Shown here: positions 8,952 through 18,534 of the stretch, piece after piece | How the letters are laid out: each line of letters begins with the position of its first letter | How positions within the stretch are numbered: position 1 is the stretch's first letter | Source: an uncultured bacterium | Lineage (GTDB): Bacteria > Elusimicrobiota > Elusimicrobia > Elusimicrobiales > Elusimicrobiaceae | DNA: 64,000 nt | Assembly (NCBI GenBank): GCA_949294085.1 | Contig: CASFFX010000006.1 | Coordinates: 40,256-104,255 of the forward strand | Reading direction: 5' to 3' | The notes under the pieces: generated by a model | What the model was told of the DNA's origin: nothing | Seen by the model: the letters and a program-made list of their open reading frames with translations, nothing else | Database searches by the model: none | Made by a program: the position numbers and the translations under genes

Positions 8952-10271
8952 CTACGCTTGTGTGGCCGGCGTATTTTGGGACGAGTTGCGAAAGCGCGGA
9001 AAACCCAGCCAAATGGCTAGCAGCGCACCCACCCCCAGCAAATACGGATAATACAAATATTTCATAATGCTCACCGGCGACACGCCCGACAAGCTGGCCG
9101 CCATCAACAGCTGCGCGCCGTACGGAATAATGCCCTGTACAAAACACGAAAAAATGTCCAACAAACTGGCCGACCGATTGGGCGCCACGCCAAAGCGCTG
9201 GGCAATTTCTTTGGCAATCGGGCCCGCCATAATCAGGGCAATGGTGTTGTTGGCCGTGCACAAATTGGCAAAGCTTACCACGCCGGCAATGCTCAGTTCG
9301 GCCCCGCGGCGGGAATTGATTTTGGCCGTCATTTTTTGAATAATCCACGCTAGGCCGCCGTTGTAGCGAATCATTTCCAGCATGCCGCCTGCCAAAATCG
9401 TTACGATGATGAGTTCGCCCATCCCGTTAATGCCCGCGCCCATGGAGGTCGTCCAGCCCCATACGTCAAAGGCGCCCGTCAGTAATCCAATCAGCCCGCA
9501 CAGCACCGTTCCTCCCAGCAGTACCGTCATCACGTTCACGCCCATGACGGCCGCCGCCAGCACGATGAAATACGGCAGCACTTTAACCCATGAAATATCC
9601 CCCGCGGCAAACGACGTTTTGGCCCCGCTTCCAAATAGGATGTACAAAATGGTGGTCAGCACGGCAAACGGCATAACGATATGAAAATTGGTCTTAAATT
9701 TATCCGCCATTTTGCACCCCTGCGTGCGGGTGGCCACGATGGTAGTGTCGGAAATGAAGGAAAGATTGTCGCCAAACATGGCCCCGCTGACGACCACCGC
9801 ACTCATCAGCGCGGGGGAAATGCCCGTCTGGGCCGAAAGCCCTGCGGCCACCGGCGTCAGCGCTACGATGGTGCCCACGGACGTGCCCACCGAAACCGAT
9901 ATCACGCACGCCGCCAAAAATACGCCCGCCGCCAATACGTTGCCCGGCAGCAGCGCCAACGTGAGGTTTACCGTGGCGTCCACCGCGCCCATGGCTTTGG
10001 CCGTTTGGGCGAAGGCACCCGCCAGAATAAAAATCATTACCATCAGCATAATGTTGGAATTGGCCGCCCCTTTGCAAAACAGCTCAATGCGGTTGTGCAA
10101 GGTGCCGCCCTTGCTCATGGCTACGGCGACTACCGACGACAAAACAAAAGCAACGGTAATGGGCATTTTGTAAAAATCGCCCGCCGCCAGCGAAACGGCC
10201 AAGTACGAAATTAAAAAGACGGCCAGCGGAACGAGTGCCAGCGGATTGGGAGAAATTTTTTCCGGTTTCAT
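8952..10271 (-). CDS. NhaC-family Na+/H+ antiporter or amino-acid transporter (MetT-like)
   Basis: Polytopic protein with GTSVGT, GAMFGDNLSFISDTT, NNTIA, LLDIFSC; ATG 10271 with AGGAG RBS. Confidence 0.85.
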   Translation of the reverse strand: MKPEKISPNPLALVPLAVFLISYLAVSLAAGDFYKMPITVAFVLSSVVAVAMSKGGTLHNRIELFCKGAANSNIMLMVMIFILAGAFAQTAKAMGAVDATVNLTLALLPGNVLAAGVFLAACVISVSVGTSVGTIVALTPVAAGLSAQTGISPALMSAVVVSGAMFGDNLSFISDTTIVATRTQGCKMADKFKTNFHIVMPFAVLTTILYILFGSGAKTSFAAGDISWVKVLPYFIVLAAAVMGVNVMTVLLGGTVLCGLIGLLTGAFDVWGWTTSMGAGINGMGELIIVTILAGGMLEMIRYNGGLAWIIQKMTAKINSRRGAELSIAGVVSFANLCTANNTIALIMAGPIAKEIAQRFGVAPNRSASLLDIFSCFVQGIIPYGAQLLMAASLSGVSPVSIMKYLYYPYLLGVGALLAIWLGFPRFRNSSQNTPATQA

Positions 10272-10286
10272 AAAACTCCTGGGCAT

Positions 10287-10320
10287 AAAAAATCCGCCGG
10301 ATCCAGACGCGTCCGGCGGA
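10287..10320 (-). terminator. Terminator hairpin between the Fe-ADH gene and nhaC
   Basis: Perfect 9-bp inverted repeat TCCGCCGGA-N10-TCCGGCGGA followed by T6 on the minus strand. Confidence 0.7.
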
Positions 10321-10349
10321 CGGTTGAAATAACACAATCTATATATTCA

Positions 10350-11570
10350 TTATATAATTTTTGGGCTTTTTCCGCTGGACGGGGCCGGCTGGTTGGCGGC
10401 GGTGTAGATGAGCAGCAGGTCCTCTTTGGCCAGCGGTTTTAATTTGCTGACGGTCCGCGTGCCGCCGCGGCTGCAGCGTTCGGCCAGGTCGTGCAGTTCG
10501 CTTTCGCTCAGCGGACGGCCCAGCAGTTCCGGCAGGTTGGTGGGCATGCCCAGCCGGGCAAAAAAGCGGACGGTGGCGTCTATCCCTTGGCGGGCGGCAC
10601 TGTCCGTATCGGTTACGGTGTCAATGCGCCACACGTTGCAGGCGTAGCGGGCAAAGCGGGCCGGGTCCTGCTTGTACACGTACATCGCCCACGCTTTCCA
10701 TACGGCGGAAAGGCTTTCCCCGTGGGGCACGCCATACACGCCGCTTAATTCGTGCCCCAGCTGGTGCACGGCAAATTCTTTTTCCGCGCCTAAACCGGTC
10801 AGGTTGTTGTGCGACAGGCTGCCCGCCCACATTAGTTCGCTTTGGGCTTGGTAATTGGTGGGGCATTCTACGGCGCGCGGCCCGTAGTGGATGACGGTGC
10901 GCATCAGCGCTTCGGCCAGCGCGTCGGTCAGTTCGTTGCCCTGCATGGGCGTAAAATAGCGGTCCAGCGTGTGCATCAAAATATCGGTTACGCCGCAGGC
11001 AATTTGCCGCGGGGACAGCGTAAACGTCAGCTCCGGGTTCATCAGCGCAAACCGCGGGCGGTTGAAAGGCGTGTTGATGCCGCGCTTGTCGTGGTGGGCG
11101 TCGTCCGTCAGAACGGCCGAATCGCTGGATTCGCTGCCGGAGGCGGAAATCGTCAGCACACAGCCTACGGGGAGGGCTTTTTGTACGGGGGCTTTGCCTT
11201 GCCAGTACGTCCAAATATCGGTGGAAGGTTCGGCCGCGCCGATGGCAACGGCTTTGGCGGTGTCTATCACGCTTCCGCCGCCGATGGCCAAAATAAAATC
11301 CGCCTGAAAGGCCAGGGCCGTCAGTACGCCTTTGCGGGCAAACGAAAGGGTGGGGTTGGGCTGTACGCCGCCCAAGGTTTTAACCGCCAGGTGGGCGGAT
11401 TTCAACGCGTTTTCCACTCGTTCCAACAGCCCGCTCTTGACGGCGCTTTGGCCGCCGTAAATAATCAGTACGCGCGAACCGCCATACCGGGCCACGGCTT
11501 GGCCGGCGCGTTCTTCGGCCCGGCGGCCGAAAATAATTTCCGTCGGGGCATAAAAAGTAAAATCTCGCAT
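10350..11570 (-). CDS. Iron-containing alcohol dehydrogenase (NADH-dependent butanol dehydrogenase-like)
   Basis: GGVQPNP, AIGGGSVIDTAK, TISASGSE, DILMH, HQLGHELS, HGESL; ATG 11570 after GGAG. Confidence 0.9.
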   Translation of the reverse strand: MRDFTFYAPTEIIFGRRAEERAGQAVARYGGSRVLIIYGGQSAVKSGLLERVENALKSAHLAVKTLGGVQPNPTLSFARKGVLTALAFQADFILAIGGGSVIDTAKAVAIGAAEPSTDIWTYWQGKAPVQKALPVGCVLTISASGSESSDSAVLTDDAHHDKRGINTPFNRPRFALMNPELTFTLSPRQIACGVTDILMHTLDRYFTPMQGNELTDALAEALMRTVIHYGPRAVECPTNYQAQSELMWAGSLSHNNLTGLGAEKEFAVHQLGHELSGVYGVPHGESLSAVWKAWAMYVYKQDPARFARYACNVWRIDTVTDTDSAARQGIDATVRFFARLGMPTNLPELLGRPLSESELHDLAERCSRGGTRTVSKLKPLAKEDLLLIYTAANQPAPSSGKSPKII

Positions 11571-11696
11571 AGGGTTCTCCTTAGTACTGCCTTTATTATA
11601 TAACACTTTCCGCCGGGCGTTTGTTAAAAGTGATACAATATCCGTACCTCTTAGCCGAAGTTCCGCCAGGCCCGGGCCCGTGCGGACGGAGTGAAT

Positions 11697-12929
11697 ATGA
11701 AAGCGGTTATTATTACCATTGGAGACGAAATTTTACTGGGACAGATTTTAGACACCAACTCCCGCTTTATGGCGCGGAAATTGGCGGCGTTGGGGGCGGA
11801 AACGGTGCAAATGCGCTCCGTGGCCGACCAAAAGGACGCCATTTGGCACGCGCTGGACGATGCCTTTGCCGTGGCGGATGCGGTGTTTGTAACCGGCGGG
11901 CTGGGCCCGACCAAGGACGATTTGACCAAAAACGTACTGGCCGAATATTTCGGCACGGAGCTGGCGTTTAATCCGCAGGCGTATGCCTGGCTGGAGGAAA
12001 TGTTTGCGGCCAACCCGAAACGGATGAACGCGTATAACCAATCGCAGGCCTTGCTGCCCCGGGCGTGTACGCCGCTGCACAACCTCAAGGGAACGGCCAG
12101 CGGCATGTGGTTTGAAAAAGAGGGGAAGGTGTTGGTTTCGCTGCCGGGCGTGCCGTTTGAAACGGAAAGCCTTTTTCCGCGCGAAGTAGTGCCGCGGCTG
12201 AAAGAAAAATTTCACGATTTGCTGCTGCGCTACCAAATGGTAACGGTGTATGACATTGCCGAGTCGGACCTGGCAATGAAACTGGCGGATTTTGAAGCCC
12301 AGCTTCCCGCCGGGGTGGGGCTGGCCTATTTGCCTTCGGCGGGGTTTGTCCGCCTGCGGCTTACGGCCAAAGGCCGCGCCGTGGACCAGCTGGACGGGCA
12401 GTTTCAAAAATTGCTGCAGGCGTTAAAGGGGCTTTCTTTTGAACAGGCTTCCCGCGAAACTACGCCGGAATTGCTGGCCCGCCGTTTGCGGGAAAGCGGT
12501 GTGAGTGTCGCGTGTGCCGAAAGCTGCACCGGGGGCAATATCGCCCATCTGATTACTTCGGTTCCCGGCGCCTCGGCCTATTTTAAGGGCGGGGTAGTGG
12601 CCTATGCCAACGAAGTAAAGGAAAATGTGCTGGGCGTACGCCGCGAAGATTTGGAAAAATACGGCGCCGTCAGCGAGGCGGTGGCCCTGCAAATGGCGCA
12701 GGGCGTGCGGCACATTACGGGCGCGCAATGGGGCGTATCCACTACCGGAGTGGCCGGGCCGGACGGCGGAACGCCCGAAAAACCGGTGGGAACGGTGTGG
12801 ATCGGCGTGGCTGGACCCAACGGCGCGGAGGCGCGGAAATTTGTTTTTTCCCATACGCGCGAGCGCAACATCGGGCGGGCGTCGCTCAAAGCCCTCCAGC
12901 TGTTGCTGGACGCCATTGCCCGGCGTTAA
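11697..12929 (+). CDS. cinA: CinA family protein (MoCF-biosynthesis-like domain + PncC NMN deamidase)
   Basis: IGDEILLG, TGGLGPTKDDLT, LPGVP, CAESCTGG, GAVSEAVA, TTGVAGPDGG. Confidence 0.93.
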   Translation: MKAVIITIGDEILLGQILDTNSRFMARKLAALGAETVQMRSVADQKDAIWHALDDAFAVADAVFVTGGLGPTKDDLTKNVLAEYFGTELAFNPQAYAWLEEMFAANPKRMNAYNQSQALLPRACTPLHNLKGTASGMWFEKEGKVLVSLPGVPFETESLFPREVVPRLKEKFHDLLLRYQMVTVYDIAESDLAMKLADFEAQLPAGVGLAYLPSAGFVRLRLTAKGRAVDQLDGQFQKLLQALKGLSFEQASRETTPELLARRLRESGVSVACAESCTGGNIAHLITSVPGASAYFKGGVVAYANEVKENVLGVRREDLEKYGAVSEAVALQMAQGVRHITGAQWGVSTTGVAGPDGGTPEKPVGTVWIGVAGPNGAEARKFVFSHTRERNIGRASLKALQLLLDAIARR

Positions 12930-12945
12930 AACCGATTGAACTTGC

Positions 12946-12977
12946 ACCGCCTTTTCCAAAGGAAGAGGCGGTTTTTT
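12946..12977 (+). terminator. Terminator after cinA
   Basis: ACCGCCTTTTCC-AAA-GGAAGAGGCGGT followed by TTTTT. Confidence 0.8.
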
Positions 12978-12992
12978 AATGCAAAAGAGCGG

Positions 12993-13021
12993 TTGACAAT
13001 ATTTTTACACAGCTGTATAAT
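12993..13021 (+). promoter_or_regulatory. Consensus sigma70 promoter of the TetR/efflux operon
   Basis: TTGACA (12993-12998), 17-bp spacer, TATAAT (13016-13021). Confidence 0.9.
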
Positions 13022-13039
13022 AATTATACATACGTGTAA
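13005..13039. promoter_or_regulatory. Putative TetR operator (inverted repeat over the -10 box)
   Basis: TTACAC-AGC-TGTATAAT-A-ATTATACA-TAC-GTGTAA dyad directly upstream of tetR. Confidence 0.65.
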
Positions 13040-13052
13040 GAAAGAGGTGCCT

Positions 13053-13685
13053 ATGGGCAGAACATCTTCCGGCAACGACGTCAAACTGATTCACACGGGA
13101 ATTCGGCTGGCCCGGGCCAAAGGGCTGGGCGGGTTTACCGTGCGGGAAGTGTGCGCGCAAAGCCGGGTGAATTTGGGCATGTTCCATTATTATTTTACGA
13201 ATAAGGACAATTTTGACCGCGCCCTGCTGAGCACACTGTATGAAACGCTGATGAAAAATATTCGGGTGGAAGTGGCGGCCGCGCAGTCCGCGCGCGCCAA
13301 CGTGCTGAATATTTTGCTGGCGGTACAGCGCTTTGTGCGGGAGAACCGTCGGTTGCTTTCGTCGCTGGCGGGGGACGTGTTTAGCGGGAACGCGAAAATT
13401 ATTGATTTTATCGGACGGAATTTTACGCACCACATTTCGCTTCTTTTGGCCCAGTTGGAACGGGCCGAAAAAGAAGGCATGCTTGCTTTGCACGACGCCG
13501 CCAACGCGGCGCTGGTGCTGGCGATGCCGGTGGTGTTTCCGCAGTTGGTGGCCGGGCTGGACGAACGGGTGCCGCTGCCGTGGAAAGGACGGGTGAGGCC
13601 GTCCGTGGCGGCGCTGTTTTCGGACAAAGGCGCCGAGGAACGGATTAAAGTGTTGGTTAATGCCGTTTTTAAGGGGGAAAAATGA
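13053..13685 (+). CDS. TetR/AcrR family transcriptional regulator (CecR/YbiH-like)
   Basis: N-terminal HTH GFTVREVCAQSRVNLGMFHYYFTNK; GAGG RBS before ATG 13053. Confidence 0.88.
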   Translation: MGRTSSGNDVKLIHTGIRLARAKGLGGFTVREVCAQSRVNLGMFHYYFTNKDNFDRALLSTLYETLMKNIRVEVAAAQSARANVLNILLAVQRFVRENRRLLSSLAGDVFSGNAKIIDFIGRNFTHHISLLLAQLERAEKEGMLALHDAANAALVLAMPVVFPQLVAGLDERVPLPWKGRVRPSVAALFSDKGAEERIKVLVNAVFKGEK

Positions 13686-15013
13686 AAAAATTGGGTATAG
13701 CCTTGGCGTGCCTGTGCACGGCGGCGGGGCTGTGTGCGGCGGAAATCCAAAACCTGCCGTTGGAAATGTGTGAAAAATCCGCGTTGGAATTTTCGCCTGC
13801 GGTCAAGGCGGCCCAGGCCCAAATGCAGGCGGCGCAGGCGGCTTACCGGAGCCAGCGGGGCAATTTGTACCCCAGCTTGTATGTGGACGCCGCCGGGAGT
13901 TGGACCTCGGAAGTGCCGCAGATGCAAGTGGGGCCGCAGACCTTTGAATTTGGCAGCGAGTGGGGCTATTCCGCCGGGCCGACGTTGGAATACGTGCTGT
14001 TTGACAACGGGGCCCGTTCGGCCGCGGCGCGCAGCGCGCTTTCCCAGTACGAAAGCCGGCTGATGGAATATGCCTTGGCGCGCAAACAGGCGCTTTTGCA
14101 GGTGCGCCAGGCGTATTTTTCCGTCCAGAGCGATTTGGAAAACATTTATTTGCTTTCGGAACAAATCAAGGTGTCCCGCAAGCAGCTGCAGGACGTCCGC
14201 TCCGCTTACCGTGCCGGCGCCAAAAGCCGCCGCGATGTGCTGCTGGCGGAAAAGCAGGCGCTTCGCTCGTCGGTGGATGCCAGCGCCGCGCGGGCGCAGT
14301 TGGCCAGCGACCTGCGCAGCTTGTTCCAGTTGACCGGTACCGATTACGGCATTGACCCGCACTACGCCTTGGATTGGCGCGTGCGCGAAAAATTGGAGGG
14401 GGACGTTTCCGCCGTCATCCGCGCGGACGACCCGGCCCAAACGGTGGCCCGGTTTGAACCGTTTGCCCAGCTGCAGTTTGACCCGGACACGCCGCGCCTG
14501 GCCGCGTATGACGGGGTCATCCAGGCGTACGAATTTGCCGCCCGCGGTTATGCGGCGGCCGTTTGGCCGCGGGTAGGCCTGAGTGCGGGAGCCTATTTTC
14601 AATACCCCAACGGGCCGATCCAGGAACACGTTTTTTTAGGCAAGGCGGGGCTTTCGCTGCGGGTGCCGTTGTTTGAAGGCGGCAAAAACCGCGACAAAGC
14701 CCAGCAGCAGCGTTTGTCCGCCCAGGCCGCGCGGGCTCAAAAGGAAGAAGTGTCGGAAGCGATGGAAGCCTTGTTCTTATCCGCCCGGGATTCGCTGGGT
14801 GCGCTGGACGTAGAAATGAAACTGGCTTCCCGCCTGGCCGACAAGGCCGCCCAGGCCGCTTCGCTGACGTATGAAGCCTATAATGCGGGGGCGGTAACTT
14901 TCTTGGAAGTGGACGATGCCAACCTCTCTGCCCTGCAGAGCAAGATGATGTTGAGCGAATTGAATATCCGCCGGCTGAACGGGCTGGCCGTATTGGACAG
15001 TTTGGGGAAATAG
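13682..15013 (+). CDS. TolC-family outer membrane efflux protein
   Basis: Signal peptide, two OEP-like repeats (LYPSL..., WPRVGLSAG..GLSLRVPLFEGG), AYNAGAVTFLEV. Confidence 0.85.
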   Translation: MKKLGIALACLCTAAGLCAAEIQNLPLEMCEKSALEFSPAVKAAQAQMQAAQAAYRSQRGNLYPSLYVDAAGSWTSEVPQMQVGPQTFEFGSEWGYSAGPTLEYVLFDNGARSAAARSALSQYESRLMEYALARKQALLQVRQAYFSVQSDLENIYLLSEQIKVSRKQLQDVRSAYRAGAKSRRDVLLAEKQALRSSVDASAARAQLASDLRSLFQLTGTDYGIDPHYALDWRVREKLEGDVSAVIRADDPAQTVARFEPFAQLQFDPDTPRLAAYDGVIQAYEFAARGYAAAVWPRVGLSAGAYFQYPNGPIQEHVFLGKAGLSLRVPLFEGGKNRDKAQQQRLSAQAARAQKEEVSEAMEALFLSARDSLGALDVEMKLASRLADKAAQAASLTYEAYNAGAVTFLEVDDANLSALQSKMMLSELNIRRLNGLAVLDSLGK

Positions 15014-15020
15014 GAGATTT

Positions 15021-15752
15021 ATGAAAAAGACGATTGCGATTGTGGTGGTTGTGTTGTTGCTGCTGGTGGCGGCGGGACTGTTGTTTTTCCGGCATACGCC
15101 GTTTGCTTACAGCGGGGTGGTGGAAGCGGTGGAAGTGGACGTGCCGAGCCGCTTGTCCGACACGCTGACCGAAATTAACGTGCAGGAAGGAAGCCCCGTG
15201 CAAAAAGGCGAAGTCTTGGCTCGCTTGGATTGCCGCGATACGCGCCTGAAAGCCGCCATTGCACAAAAAGAATTCAAACGGGCCGAAACGCTGTTGAAAA
15301 CGACGGCCGGCTCGCGGGAAAATTACGATTTGAAAAAACATCAAAACGACCAGGCCGCTTTGTATGAAAGCTGGTGCGATATTACCAGCCCCATCAGCGG
15401 GAAAGTGCTTTATAAGTATTACGAGCCGGGGGAATTTATTGCCGCCGGGCGCAAATTGCTGACCGTGGCCGATTTAAGCGAAGTGGACGTGTGGGTGTAT
15501 GTGGAGCACGACTTGCTGGCCCGCTTGGCGGTGGGGGGCAAAGTGAAAGGCTTTTTGCCCGAAACGGACCAAACCTTTGACGGCGAAATTTTAAGCATTA
15601 ACGAAGAGGCCGAGTTTACCCCCAAAAATGTACAAACCCGCCGGGAACGCGAACGGCTGGTGTACGGCGTAAAAACCCGCTTTCACAACGACGCCGCCCG
15701 GACGCTGAAATCCGGCATGACGATAGAAGTAACGTTTGAGGGGGTAAAATAA
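15021..15752 (+). CDS. Periplasmic adaptor (HlyD/YbhG-like), short hairpin
   Basis: N-terminal TM, lipoyl motif VQEGSPVQKGEVLARLD, ITSPISG, AEFTPKNVQT..ER..LVY typical of YbhG. Confidence 0.85.
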   Translation: MKKTIAIVVVVLLLLVAAGLLFFRHTPFAYSGVVEAVEVDVPSRLSDTLTEINVQEGSPVQKGEVLARLDCRDTRLKAAIAQKEFKRAETLLKTTAGSRENYDLKKHQNDQAALYESWCDITSPISGKVLYKYYEPGEFIAAGRKLLTVADLSEVDVWVYVEHDLLARLAVGGKVKGFLPETDQTFDGEILSINEEAEFTPKNVQTRRERERLVYGVKTRFHNDAARTLKSGMTIEVTFEGVK

Positions 15753-15753
15753 A

Positions 15754-16479
15754 ATGCCCGCTTTGCGCGCGCAAGTGCGTGGCGTAAGCAAGAAAATGGG
15801 CCGCGCCCAAGCCCTCAGACAGGTGGATGCGCTGTTTGACGCGGGGAAAGTGCATGGCATTATCGGCCCGAACGGAGCGGGAAAAACGACCCTCATCCGC
15901 CTGTTGGCCGGGTTGCTCCATCCCGATACGGGCAGCGTGTCGTACTCGGAAGGCGGACAGAAATTTTCTTCGGCACAGGCCAAACGGGTAACGGGGTATT
16001 TCCCGCAGGAGCCCAGCCTGTATCCGGATTTAACGTGTGAGGAACATTTGGAATTTTTCCGTGATCTCTACGCCCTGCCGCAGGAAGAATTTGAGCCGCG
16101 CGCCCGCGAACTGCTGCAGGCAACGGGGATGGAACCGTTTAAGGACCGGGCGGCGGGAAAGCTGTCCGGCGGGATGTACAAAAAACTGGGGCTGATGTGT
16201 GTGCTGTTAAACCGGCCCAAGCTTTTGTTGCTGGACGAACCGACCGTGGGGGTGGACCCCGTCAGCCGGCAGGAATTGTGGGATTTGGTGTATGGCTTTG
16301 CCGGAGAAAATATGACGGTGGTGGTAAGTACGTCGTATATGGACGAAGCCGGCCGCTGCGCCCAGGTGCATGTGCTTAGCGACGGGCAGATGTTGGCTTC
16401 CGGCGCCCCACAGGCGGTAATGCGGCAGTTTGGCGTGAACGATTTTGCGGAGATTTTTTTGAATCATGAACGAAAATGA
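15754..16479 (+). CDS. ABC transporter ATP-binding protein (YbhF N-half-like)
   Basis: GPNGAGKTT, LSGGM, LLLLDEPTVGVDP, STSYMDEA. Confidence 0.88.
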   Translation: MPALRAQVRGVSKKMGRAQALRQVDALFDAGKVHGIIGPNGAGKTTLIRLLAGLLHPDTGSVSYSEGGQKFSSAQAKRVTGYFPQEPSLYPDLTCEEHLEFFRDLYALPQEEFEPRARELLQATGMEPFKDRAAGKLSGGMYKKLGLMCVLLNRPKLLLLDEPTVGVDPVSRQELWDLVYGFAGENMTVVVSTSYMDEAGRCAQVHVLSDGQMLASGAPQAVMRQFGVNDFAEIFLNHERK

Positions 16480-17392
16480 AACGGTAATCCGCGTGAAAGA
16501 TTTGGTGGTGGCGTTTGGCTCGTTCCATGCGGTGGACGGCGTGTCGTTTGACGTGCACCGGGGCGAAATTTTTGGCTTTTTAGGGGCCAACGGCGCCGGG
16601 AAAACCACCACCATACGCACGATTTGCGGGCTGTTGAATCCGTCGGCGGGGACGGTGGAGGTAAACGGGCACGATGTGTCGTCCTCTACGGCGGTGCTCA
16701 AGCCGCTGATCGGCTATATGTCCCAAAAATTTACGCTCTACCCCGATTTAACCGTGCGCGAAAATATGAACTTTGCCGGGAGCCTCTACGGCATGAGCCC
16801 CCGGCAAATTGCCGCCCGTGCGCACAAGCTGATGGAATTTATCGGATTGCCGGAAAATATACCGGATCCGGTCAGTCATCTGTCGGGCGGGGTCAAGCAG
16901 ATGGCGGCGTTGGCCTCGGCCCTGCTGCACGACCCGGAACTGGTGTTTTTGGACGAACCTACCGCCGGCACTTCGCCGCAGACGCGTGTGGCTTTTTGGG
17001 CGCTGATTCGCCGCCTGGCCCAGTTGGGCAAAACGGTGTTTGTTACCACCCATTATATGGACGAAGCCGAATACTGCGGAAGAATTGCCCTGATGGAACG
17101 CGGAAAAATTGTGGCGATGGGAACGCCGGAAGAACTGAAGAAAGAATTCTTCCCCGTAAAACCGCTGGAACTGACTTTTTTGCACCCGGTGCAAAATGCC
17201 TTGCGTGCCGCGTTGGCGCAGGCGGGCATTGCGTCGGCCGTGTTTGGCAACAACCTGCGGGTGCGCGCGCCGGACCGGGCCGCCTTTGAACGGGCCACCG
17301 CCCCGTTTCGGAACGATTTTACCGTCTGCGAGACGAACCCGACGCTGGAGGACGTATTTCTGCAAGCCGTAAGCGGGAGGAAAAAAGCATGA
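16466..17392 (+). CDS. ABC transporter ATP-binding protein (YbhF C-half-like)
   Basis: GANGAGKTT, YMSQKFTLY, LSGG, FLDEPTAG, TTHYMDEAEYC, C-terminal PTLEDVF. Confidence 0.9.
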   Translation: MNENETVIRVKDLVVAFGSFHAVDGVSFDVHRGEIFGFLGANGAGKTTTIRTICGLLNPSAGTVEVNGHDVSSSTAVLKPLIGYMSQKFTLYPDLTVRENMNFAGSLYGMSPRQIAARAHKLMEFIGLPENIPDPVSHLSGGVKQMAALASALLHDPELVFLDEPTAGTSPQTRVAFWALIRRLAQLGKTVFVTTHYMDEAEYCGRIALMERGKIVAMGTPEELKKEFFPVKPLELTFLHPVQNALRAALAQAGIASAVFGNNLRVRAPDRAAFERATAPFRNDFTVCETNPTLEDVFLQAVSGRKKA

Positions 17393-18534
17393 TGTTTTCC
17401 TGGCGCCGCGCGCGCAGCGTGGCTTACAAAGAATACAAACACATCTTGCGGGACCCGTTTACCCTGATTGTTACGCTGGTGCTGCCGCTGGTGTTTGTGG
17501 GCATGTTTGGCTTTGTGATTGATTTGGACTACAAACACATGCGCGTGTACGTGCGCGATAACGACCAAACGAGTGTTTCGCGGCGGTTTTTGCAAGAGGT
17601 GGCTTCTTCGGGTTATTTTAATTTAACGCCCGTGCACGGCCAGTTTCAGCTGGACCAAGCCCTCCAACGCAACGACAGCCCCGCCCTGATGGTCATTCGC
17701 AGCGGCTTTGGCCGCCGGGTGCGGGCCGCCAACCCCGGCGAACCCGGCCAAATCCAGCTGTTGGCGGACGGAACCGACAACGTGCAAGCCAGCATTATGG
17801 GCACGTATCTGCAGGGGGCCGTGCAGAAAGCCAATGCCGTTTTCGCGCGCGATAACCCCGAACTGGCGGACGCAGCCGCCCAAGCGGGCGAACAGGTGCG
17901 CAGCCGATTTTTGTTCAATCCGGAGCTGAACAGCCGCTGGTTTATCGTGCCGGCGTTGAGTACCATCATCATTGGGTTTTTGGCCATCGTGCTGACCGCG
18001 CTGACCGTGGCCAAAGAGTGGGAAAACGGCTCTATGGAGCTGTTGCTTTCCACCCCGGTTCGCCCGGCGGAAATTGTGCTGGGGAAACTGGTGCCGTATT
18101 TTTTGCTGACCTTTTTTGACGTACTGGTGGTGTTTGTGCTGGCGGTGTATGTGTTTCGTATCCCGTTTTTGGGGAGTTTTATTTTCTATATGGCGGCGTG
18201 CTGGGTGTACATCACCGGGGCGCTGGCGCTGGGGCTGGTGATTTCGGTGGTAACGCGCCAGCAGCAGGCGGCAATCCAATTTGCTTTTGCGGTGGGGCTG
18301 CTGCCTTCCTTCATTTTTTCCGGGTTCATTTTCCCGATAGAAAACATGCCGCTGTTTTTCCGTTATTTTACGGCGCTGTTTCCGCAGCGGTGGTTTTTGT
18401 TGATTAGCCGCACAGTCTTTTTGAGCGATGCCGCCCCCGCTACGCTGGCGACGGCTTTTGGCGCGATTGTGCTGTTTGCGGCCGCGATGATTGTGCTGGC
18501 CGTACAAAAATTCAAAACGGACGTGGAACCATGA
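17389..18534 (+). CDS. ABC-2 type permease (YbhS-like)
   Basis: KEYKHILRDP, FLFNPELNSRWFIVP, ALTVAKEWENGSMELLLSTP. Confidence 0.9.
   Translation: MMFSWRRARSVAYKEYKHILRDPFTLIVTLVLPLVFVGMFGFVIDLDYKHMRVYVRDNDQTSVSRRFLQEVASSGYFNLTPVHGQFQLDQALQRNDSPALMVIRSGFGRRVRAANPGEPGQIQLLADGTDNVQASIMGTYLQGAVQKANAVFARDNPELADAAAQAGEQVRSRFLFNPELNSRWFIVPALSTIIIGFLAIVLTALTVAKEWENGSMELLLSTPVRPAEIVLGKLVPYFLLTFFDVLVVFVLAVYVFRIPFLGSFIFYMAACWVYITGALALGLVISVVTRQQQAAIQFAFAVGLLPSFIFSGFIFPIENMPLFFRYFTALFPQRWFLLISRTVFLSDAAPATLATAFGAIVLFAAAMIVLAVQKFKTDVEP

Noticed and set aside
10272-10349. SAM-II riboswitch upstream of nhaC
   Set aside because: Only the 5' strand resembles it; the complementary P1 strand and the 3' GCTAAA pseudoknot strand are missing
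15754-17392. Split YbhF-like ATPase read as a frameshifted pseudogene
   Set aside because: Both ORFs have complete Walker A, signature and Walker B motifs and their own starts with a 14-nt overlap; two-gene forms of this ATPase are common
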